Source of the DNA: an uncultured Actinomycetes bacterium
Lineage (GTDB): Bacteria; Actinomycetota; Acidimicrobiia; Acidimicrobiales; JACCXE01
Assembly (NCBI GenBank): GCA_963722185.1
Contig: CAVRKD010000004.1
Span: 386,918 to 450,917, forward strand
Length of the DNA stretch: 64,000 nt
Direction of reading: 5' to 3'
Part shown: positions 57,756 through 64,000 of the stretch, one piece after another
Position numbering within the stretch: position 1 is the first letter of the stretch
How the letters are laid out: each line of letters begins with the position of its first letter
Notes under the pieces: model-generated
Database searches by the model: none
What the model was told of the DNA's origin: nothing
What the model saw: the letters and a program-made list of their open reading frames with translations, nothing else
Translations under genes and position numbers: made by a program

Positions 57756-58861
57756 CCGGTCTTCAGCAGGTAACCGCGGCGGACGACAGTTTGGAGCGAC
57801 GACGCGGCGTCGCCGAGTTGGCGACGTAGGCGGCTCACGGTTACTTCGAGCGCGTGCGCATCCGCCGTGGCGTCGCCCCATACGTCGCGCAACAGGGTTT
57901 CCTTCGACACGACGGCGCCGGCGCGACCAGCCAGCGCGGCGAGCACGGCTGCCTCGCGCGGTGTGAGTTCGATGCGCCGGCCGTCGACGGTGACGACGGC
58001 GCCGGTGAGGACCAAGTCGCAGCCGTGGAGCGAAAGCACGACGCGGCGGTCGCTAAGCGCGTCCACGACGGCGTTAACCATGGCGCCCAGCAGTGACCGC
58101 GTGGGGGCAACTGCGGTGCTCAATCCCTGGGCGAGAGCGGACTCCAAGGCGACCGGTCCGACGACAACGGGGACCACCGCCTTGGTGCAGGCGGCGCGCA
58201 AGGCGTCTGCTTGCCCGCGTTCAGCCGCGAGCGCGAACAGGTTCTCGATGGCCGGTCGGCTGGTGAACGTGACCGCGTCGACTTCGCGCGCACAGCACGC
58301 GTCGAGCAGGCGTGTCGCCGCCGTTTCATCTTCGGGACGCGACCAGCGATAGATGTCGACTTCGACGACGTCGGCGCCCGCGGCGCGCAGGGCCTGTGCG
58401 GCGTCGTCAAGGTCGGAGCCGTCGCGCTGCAACGCGATGCGCGCGCCGTCGAGCGAACGGGCCAAAAGATGCTCGACGACTTCCGAGAGGCGACCCGACG
58501 TTCCACGCCACGCGACGTTGCAGCCGATGGTGACCAGGAACCCGGCGGCCTTGGGTCCGCGCGTCACGATCTCGGCGCGCTGCAGTGTCGTCGTGAGCGC
58601 CTCGCCGAGACCCCAGCTGTCCGCCGCCGTCAACCACGCGCGCAGGCCGATGCCCGTGTTGCCGATCACGACGTCGGGCGGCGTCGCCAGCAACTCGTCA
58701 GTGACCGTGCGCAGAGACCCGTCGGCCACGATCGGCAGCGTGCGCATCGTCGGGCCGTGCAGCGCCCGGGCACCGTGACGTCGCAGCAGCTCGATCTGTT
58801 CTTCGGCACGCCGGTCCGCCGTCACGGCAACGACAAATCCATCGAGCGCCGGGGAAGCCAC
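57752..58861 (-). CDS. uroporphyrinogen-III-synthase (HemD)-like domain fused to an OmpR/PhoB-type winged-helix DNA-binding domain
   Basis: 369 aa. N-terminal 250 aa has the two-lobed HemD pattern (VVAVTADRRAEEQ.., VDAVTFTSRPAI). C-terminus: IELTPREAAVLAALAGRAGAVVSKETLLRDVWG......HALEVTVSRLRRQLG....LQTVVRRGYLL. Confidence 0.7.
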   Translation of the reverse strand: MASPALDGFVVAVTADRRAEEQIELLRRHGARALHGPTMRTLPIVADGSLRTVTDELLATPPDVVIGNTGIGLRAWLTAADSWGLGEALTTTLQRAEIVTRGPKAAGFLVTIGCNVAWRGTSGRLSEVVEHLLARSLDGARIALQRDGSDLDDAAQALRAAGADVVEVDIYRWSRPEDETAATRLLDACCAREVDAVTFTSRPAIENLFALAAERGQADALRAACTKAVVPVVVGPVALESALAQGLSTAVAPTRSLLGAMVNAVVDALSDRRVVLSLHGCDLVLTGAVVTVDGRRIELTPREAAVLAALAGRAGAVVSKETLLRDVWGDATADAHALEVTVSRLRRQLGDAASSLQTVVRRGYLLKTG

Positions 58862-58913
58862 GCCTTCAGCGTGGTCGCGGGTTGTTTCGTCGCCGTTTCC
58901 AACGGCGCACAGG

Positions 58914-60074
58914 TCAGCGAACTGTCAGCAACCGGCTTCTGACGGCGTCGGTGCTGGCGGCGTCGATAACGGTCATCGCCATCGCCGCGGCGCCGTCGAG
59001 CACGGCGGTGTCCGCCGTCGGCGTGGCGCAAAACGCCGCGAACTCGGGTTGGTGATTGCTCACCGGGAAGCAACCAAGGCCGAGCATCGGATGGATCGTG
59101 GGAATGGCCAGCGACACGTTGGCCATGTCGGTCGATCCGGCGATGCGGGCGCTGGCGTCGGATCGCGGGTCGACGAACGTGCGGCCGAGTGCCTCGGCGT
59201 TGGCGCGGTACAAACCACGCAACTCGACGTCGTCGGTCATCTCGGAATACTTCGGGCTCTTCTCTTCGATGGCGAGCGTGCAGCCCGTCGCCAGCGCGCC
59301 AGCTTCGAAGCACTTGTGCACCCGCGGTTCCAGTTCGGACAGTTCGGCCAGCGTGCGCGAACGGATGTACCACTTGCCGGTAGTCGACTCGGGGACGATG
59401 TTCGGAGCGTCGCCGCCGTAGGTGACGATGCCGTGCACGCGGTCAGTCGGTCGGATGTGCTGCCGCAACAGACCGATCGACGTTTGCGCGATGGTGAGCG
59501 CGTCGGCGGCGTTGATTCCAAGTTCGGGGAAGGCCGAGGCGTGCGCCGACTTGCCGTGGTAGTGGACGTCGATGTGCGACACCGCCAGGCACGGAAAGTT
59601 GTCGAGTTCCATCGGCGCCGGGTGGACCATCATCGCCGCGTGCACGCCCTCGAACACGCCCTGGTTCAGCATGATGATCTTGCCGCCGCCGCCTTCTTCA
59701 GCCGGCGTGCCGAACACCTTGACGGTGATGCCGAGCTCGTCGGCCAGCGGCGCCAGCGCGAGGCCCGCGCCGACCGCGGCGGCGGCGATCACGTTGTGGC
59801 CGCAGGCGTGACCAACGCCGGGCAGCGCGTCGTACTCGGCGCAGATGCCGATGGTGAGCGGACCCGTTCCCGCCGTGGCCACGAACGCCGTCGGTAGATC
59901 AGCCACGCCGGTGTCGACGGCGAAGCCGGCTTCGGACAGCGCGGCGGCTGTCCACTCGGCGGCGCTGACTTCCTCGAAGCACGTTTCCGGCTTCGCATGA
60001 ATGCGGTGACTCAGCCCGACGAGTCCGTCGGTGTTGTCGTGGACAGTTGCCTTGGCGACTTCCTTAACGTCCAT
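58914..60074 (-). CDS. M20-family amidohydrolase (hippurate-hydrolase/aminobenzoyl-glutamate-hydrolase-like)
   Basis: 386 aa; HAKPETCFEE, CAEYDALPGVGHACGHNVIAA, GTPAEEGGGGK. Confidence 0.8.
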   Translation of the reverse strand: MDVKEVAKATVHDNTDGLVGLSHRIHAKPETCFEEVSAAEWTAAALSEAGFAVDTGVADLPTAFVATAGTGPLTIGICAEYDALPGVGHACGHNVIAAAAVGAGLALAPLADELGITVKVFGTPAEEGGGGKIIMLNQGVFEGVHAAMMVHPAPMELDNFPCLAVSHIDVHYHGKSAHASAFPELGINAADALTIAQTSIGLLRQHIRPTDRVHGIVTYGGDAPNIVPESTTGKWYIRSRTLAELSELEPRVHKCFEAGALATGCTLAIEEKSPKYSEMTDDVELRGLYRANAEALGRTFVDPRSDASARIAGSTDMANVSLAIPTIHPMLGLGCFPVSNHQPEFAAFCATPTADTAVLDGAAAMAMTVIDAASTDAVRSRLLTVR

Positions 60075-60206
60075 GCGGCGACCTTACGCCTCGTCTGAAG
60101 CCGTGAAGTCCTGAATAGCGAGCAGCGTGCTCCCCGAATCGGTGTGGACGTGGCCAGAACGCCGCCGATGTCGATGATGAGGCCCTTCATCCCTACCGCC
60201 TCCGGA

Positions 60207-60281
60207 TTTCAAGCACGGTTTGACGTGTGATTGAGCGCGGAAGCCTGCCGGATCACACACCAAAGCGTGCTTCAAAGTTCG
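60207..60281. repeat. family B ~75-bp imperfect hairpin repeat, copy 2
   Basis: TTTCAAGCACGGTTTGACGTGTGATTGAGCG...ATCACACACCAAAGCGTGCTTCAAAGTTCG. Same orientation and same AAAGTTCG end as copy 1. Confidence 0.8.
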
Positions 60282-60297
60282 TTCTGGGGCGTCGTTT

Positions 60298-62095
60298 CTA
60301 GGAGGCGGCTGGTTCGATTACCACGACGATGTCGCCGGCGCCGACGGTCTGGCCGACTGTCGACCTTGATCGTCTTCACCGTGCCGTCGATCTCGCTCAT
60401 GATGTTGTTTTCCATCTTCATCGCCTCGAGCACGCACACCGCCTGACCGGCGGTCACGGTGTCGCCCTCGGCGACCATGAGCTTGACGATCGTGCCCTGC
60501 ATCGGCACCGAGATGGCGCCCGCGCCGGCACCGGCGGGGCCTGCGGCGGCGGTCGGGGCGTGCGGGCGGCCAGGCGCCGCGCCACCGCGAGCAGGGCCGG
60601 CGCTGACAACTGCCGGAGCGACGTCGGGAACCCAGAGCTTGACGGTGTACTTGCGCCCGTCGACCTCGGCGTCGATTTCCCGCAGCACCTTGGCTTCACC
60701 GTCTTCGCCGACGCGGTGCTCACTGATCGGCGACGCCGCGACGGTCGAGAAGTCGAGTTTCTCCTCGACCCACTTGGTCGAATGCTCGCCGGCGATGAAG
60801 TCGGGGTGGCTGAGGATGGCGACGTGCGCCGGCATCGTCGTGGAGATGCCTTCGATCACGGTCTCGTCGAGGGCGCGCAGCATCCGGCGACGCGCCGTGT
60901 CGCGGTCGGGACCCCACGTGATCAGCTTGGCGACGAGGTTGTCGTAGTACTGGCTGACGGTGTCGCCGGCGTCGTAACCCGCGTCGACGCGCACGCCGAA
61001 ACCGTCGGGACGCGTGAACTTGGTCAGCGTGCCCGGCGACGGCAAGAACTTGCCGCCAGTGGGATCTTCGGCGTTGATGCGCACCTCGATCGCATGGCCG
61101 TTGCGCTTCTTGGCGATCTGGTTCTGGCTGAACGGCAGCTTCTTGCCGGACGCCACGATTAGCTGCAACTCGACGAGGTCGAGGCCGGTCGTCAGCTCGG
61201 TGACGGGGTGCTCGACCTGGAGTCGCGTGTTCATCTCGAGGAAGTAGAACTCGCCGTCCTGGTAGAGAAACTCGACCGTGCCGGCGTTCACGTAACCGCA
61301 AGCGAGCGCGACGGCGACGGCCGCTTCGCCCATGGCGGTGCGGACCTCGTCGGGGAAGTTCGCCGCGGGGGATTCTTCGACCAGCTTCTGGTGACGGCGC
61401 TGCGCTGAGCAGTCGCGCTCGCCGATCCAAATGCCGTTGCCCTTGGTGTCGCAGAACACCTGCATCTCGATGTGGCGCGGCCAGGTGAGGTAGCGCTCGA
61501 TGTAGCACTCGTCGCGACCAAAGCCCTTGAGCGCTTCGCTTTGTGCCGAGGCCAACGCGTCGGCGGCGCCTTCGGGGTTCTGCACGACGCGCATGCCGCG
61601 TCCACCACCGCCGTACGCCGCCTTGATAGCGACCGGCCAACCGAACTCGTTGCCGAAGGCGATCACTTCGTCGCCTGACTGCAGCACGTCGTTGCGGCCG
61701 GGCACGCCGGAGACGCCCGCCTTCTCGGCCGCGATGCGCGACGAGATCTTGTCGCCCATGACTTCAATGGCTTCGGGCGGTGGGCCGATAAATGTGACGT
61801 TCTTGGCGGCGATGGCGCGGGCGAAGTCGGTGTTCTCCGAGAAGAAGCCGTACCCGGGATGCACGGCGTCGGCGCCACTGCGCTCGATCACGTCGAGGAT
61901 GGCTTCGGTGTTCAGATAACTCTCGGCGGCCGTCGTGCCGCCCAGCGCGTACGCCTCGTCGGCGAGCCGCACGTGCATGGCCTCGCGATCGAGGTCGGAG
62001 TACACGGCGACCGTCGGGATGCCGAGCTCGCGACACGTCCGGATAACCCGAACGGCGATCTCGCCGCGGTTGGCAATAAGGACCTTCGAGAACAT
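60298..62095 (-). pseudogene. acyl-CoA (acetyl/propionyl) carboxylase alpha chain: biotin carboxylase + BCCP; frameshift ~60358 in the last 25 codons
   Basis: MFSKVLIANRGEIAVRVIR, HPGYGFLSEN-like HPGYGFFSEN, biotinyl motif EAMKMEN. The canonical end TVGQTVGAGDIVVVIEPAAS lies in the next frame. Confidence 0.85.
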
Positions 62096-62115
62096 AGGGG
62101 TCGTAGCATCGCAGA

Positions 62116-62847
62116 ATGACGTCGCGGTATGAGATTCATCGCTTCGCGACGATCGATTCGACCAACACCTGGGTGATGGATCAGGCCCGCGCCGGCGCCG
62201 CCGAGGGCCTGGTCGCGGTGGCGGCCGAGCAGACGGCGGGCCGGGGGCGGCTGGGCCGCACGTGGGTGTCGCCGCCTGGCGGGTCGCTGTTGATGAGCCT
62301 GCTGTTGCGGCCCGTGAATCTGCCGATCGACCGCCTGCATCTAGCGACGGCGGCGGTGGCCATGGCCGGTGCCGACGCCGTCGCCCTCGTTGCCGAAGTG
62401 CGACCGTCGCTGAAATGGCCCAACGACCTGCTGATCGGCGACCGCAAGCTGGCCGGCGTGTTGACCGAGGTCGACGGGCTGGGCGACGGCGCGCCAGCGG
62501 TCGTGGTCGGCATCGGGATCAACTGCAACTGGCCCGAGGAGCTCCCCGAGGAGATCGCCGACATCGCCATCGCCGCCAACCACGCCGCCGGGCGACCGGT
62601 CCACACCGAGGACGTGCTCGACGTCCTGCTGGACAACCTGGCGCAGCGTCTCGACGGTGGTTGGGAAGCGGTGGCGCGGGAGTACCGCTCGCGCTGCGAA
62701 ACCGTCGGCCGCGAGGTGCGCGTCGAGCTAGCCGACGGGGAATTCACGGGCATGGCCGCCGAGGTCGAAGACGACGGCGCGCTGGTGGTGATCACCGACG
62801 CCGGCCCCCGCCGCGTCGTGGCCGGCGACGTCATTCACGTCAGGTAA
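62116..62847 (+). CDS. birA: biotin--[acetyl-CoA-carboxylase] ligase, class I (no N-terminal HTH)
   Basis: 243 aa; STNTW, QTAGRGRLGRTWVSPPGGSL, LKWPNDLLIGDRKLAGVL. Divergent from the carboxylase gene across only 20 nt. Confidence 0.8.
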   Translation: MTSRYEIHRFATIDSTNTWVMDQARAGAAEGLVAVAAEQTAGRGRLGRTWVSPPGGSLLMSLLLRPVNLPIDRLHLATAAVAMAGADAVALVAEVRPSLKWPNDLLIGDRKLAGVLTEVDGLGDGAPAVVVGIGINCNWPEELPEEIADIAIAANHAAGRPVHTEDVLDVLLDNLAQRLDGGWEAVAREYRSRCETVGREVRVELADGEFTGMAAEVEDDGALVVITDAGPRRVVAGDVIHVR

Positions 62848-62851
62848 GGCG

Positions 62852-63586
62852 ATGGACGCGTACGAACGAACCGCCGAGGCCTACGACTTGATCCAGCAAG
62901 CGCGCGGGCGGTCGTACGAGGAGCACGTCGACGCCCTGGACGCCATCATCAAGTGGAAGTGCCCGCAGGCAGAGTCGCTGCTCGATGTCGCTTGCGGGAC
63001 AGGGACACACCTCGCGGCGTTTCGGTCGAGATTCGCCGACGTTGCTGGCGTTGATCTCAGCGAGGCCATGCTCGATCGGGCGCGGTCACGGCTTCCAGAT
63101 GTTCCGCTCCACGTCGGCGACATGCTCGACTTCGATCTCGGTCGTACGTTCGACGTCGTGACGTGTCTATTCAGCAGTATCGGCTACTTCGTCGAGACTC
63201 CGACGACGTCCGGACGTGCCGTTGCCAACATGGCGCGCCACGTCGCTCCCGGCGGTCTACTGATCGTCGAACCGTGGATCCATCCAGACGGGTGGACCGT
63301 GCCCCACCGGGTAGCGGAAGCGGCGAACGCGCCGGGCATCTCTATCGGCCGCGTGTCGACCAACGGCCAGCGTGGTCACATCAGCACCTTCGATCTGCAC
63401 TGGACGATCGCCACGGCTGAGGGTGTCGACTACTTCGTCGAGCACCACGAGCTCGGTCTTTGGGCGATCGATGAGTACGCCGACGCGTTTGTAGCTGCCG
63501 GCCTGCAGGTGGAGCACGACCCGTCGGGCCTTATAGGCCGCGGACTCTTTGTCGGATCTCCGGCATCGGACGCGCCGCGTGCGTGA
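62852..63586 (+). CDS. class I SAM-dependent methyltransferase (TylM1/DesVI-like fold)
   Basis: 244 aa; AEAYDLI..RGRSYEEH, LLDVACGTGTHL, VAGVDLSEAML, VVTCLFSSIGY. Confidence 0.7.
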   Translation: MDAYERTAEAYDLIQQARGRSYEEHVDALDAIIKWKCPQAESLLDVACGTGTHLAAFRSRFADVAGVDLSEAMLDRARSRLPDVPLHVGDMLDFDLGRTFDVVTCLFSSIGYFVETPTTSGRAVANMARHVAPGGLLIVEPWIHPDGWTVPHRVAEAANAPGISIGRVSTNGQRGHISTFDLHWTIATAEGVDYFVEHHELGLWAIDEYADAFVAAGLQVEHDPSGLIGRGLFVGSPASDAPRA

Positions 63587-63642
63587 ATTGGTGCAGTTTC
63601 CGGTGTGATCCGAGCCCGATCACACCGGAAAGGGCACCAATT
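63587..63642. terminator. 25-bp-stem hairpin between convergent genes; possible diverged family B member
   Basis: AATTGGTGCAGTTTCCGGTGTGATC-CGAGCCC-GATCACACCGGAAAGGGCACCAATT (2 mismatches). Shares the GGTGTGATCCGAGC core with family B (GACGTGTGATCGAGC). Confidence 0.5.
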
Positions 63643-63644
63643 GG

Positions 63645-64000
63645 CTACGGGTTGCGTCGGGCGAGGTCGTAGGCGGCGGCCGCCGCATTGGTGACGGGTC
63701 CCGGCGCCGTGGTGCGGAAGTCGGCGACGCCGATGATCTCGCAGACGGCTTGGACCTCACGGGTGGTGGAGGTGACGAATACCTCGGTGGCAGTCGCCAG
63801 GTCGTCGAGGCTGAAGGTGCGTTCGACGGCGCCGTGAGACGCGATCACCACGGCGCGGGTCACTCCGGCGAGGCAACCGGTCGACAGCGGGGGAGTCACC
63901 AATTCGCCGCCGATGACGGCGAACACGTTCGTGCCGGTGCCTTCGCAAACGTTGCCTTGCGTGTCGCAGAACAACGCCTCGTCGGCACCGGCGTCGTGGG
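63645..64000 (-). CDS. class IV aminotransferase-fold protein (aminodeoxychorismate lyase / branched-chain aminotransferase-like), 5' end outside window
   Basis: C-terminal 118 aa only: NVCEGTGTNVFAVIGGELVTPPLSTGCLAGVTR, EVFVTSTTREV. Confidence 0.65.
   Translation of the reverse strand, partial: HDAGADEALFCDTQGNVCEGTGTNVFAVIGGELVTPPLSTGCLAGVTRAVVIASHGAVERTFSLDDLATATEVFVTSTTREVQAVCEIIGVADFRTTAPGPVTNAAAAAYDLARRNP

Overview
High-GC (by eye about 65-70% G+C, not computed) actinobacterial-type chromosome segment. It is densely coding on both strands, with about 65 protein genes. I saw no rRNA, tRNA, CRISPR array, transposase or integrase.

Positions ~1-46.9 kb form a steroid (cholesterol/cholate-type) catabolic supercluster:
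- A KstR-type TetR repressor (11775-12365) and six TnnAACnnGTTnnA KstR boxes in promoter gaps.
- Side-chain beta-oxidation genes: four FadD-type CoA ligases, three alpha/beta acyl-CoA dehydrogenase pairs plus one single ACAD, a ChsH2/ChsH1-like MaoC hydratase pair, an Ltp2-like aldolase, two thiolases, enoyl-CoA hydratases, a CYP125-like P450 and several SDRs, one of them 3alpha-HSD-like.
- The ring C/D (HIP) module echA20-ipdA-ipdB-ipdC.
- Embedded in the cluster: a six-gene Liv-type ABC importer operon with two non-canonical members, and a tandem HD-GYP/LuxR regulator.

Positions 46.9-64 kb are housekeeping and central metabolism: sirtuin, nitroreductase, USP, rhodanese-MoeB, KorAB 2-oxoacid:ferredoxin oxidoreductase, a split methylmalonyl-CoA-mutase-type large subunit, an LpdA-like flavoprotein, a HemD-OmpR regulator, an M20 amidohydrolase, biotin carboxylase/BCCP, BirA and a methyltransferase.

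Non-coding structure:
- A second conserved 17-bp palindrome (TCTGACG-N3-CGTCAGA) at 5 sites.
- A perfect CRP-type TGTGA-N6-TCACA site.
- Two families of long intergenic hairpin repeats.

About 30 single-base frameshifts interrupt 21 otherwise well-conserved genes. Many sit at GGGC where GGC restores the frame, so I read them as assembly indels rather than gene decay. All product calls rest on motif recall and synteny; no database search was possible.
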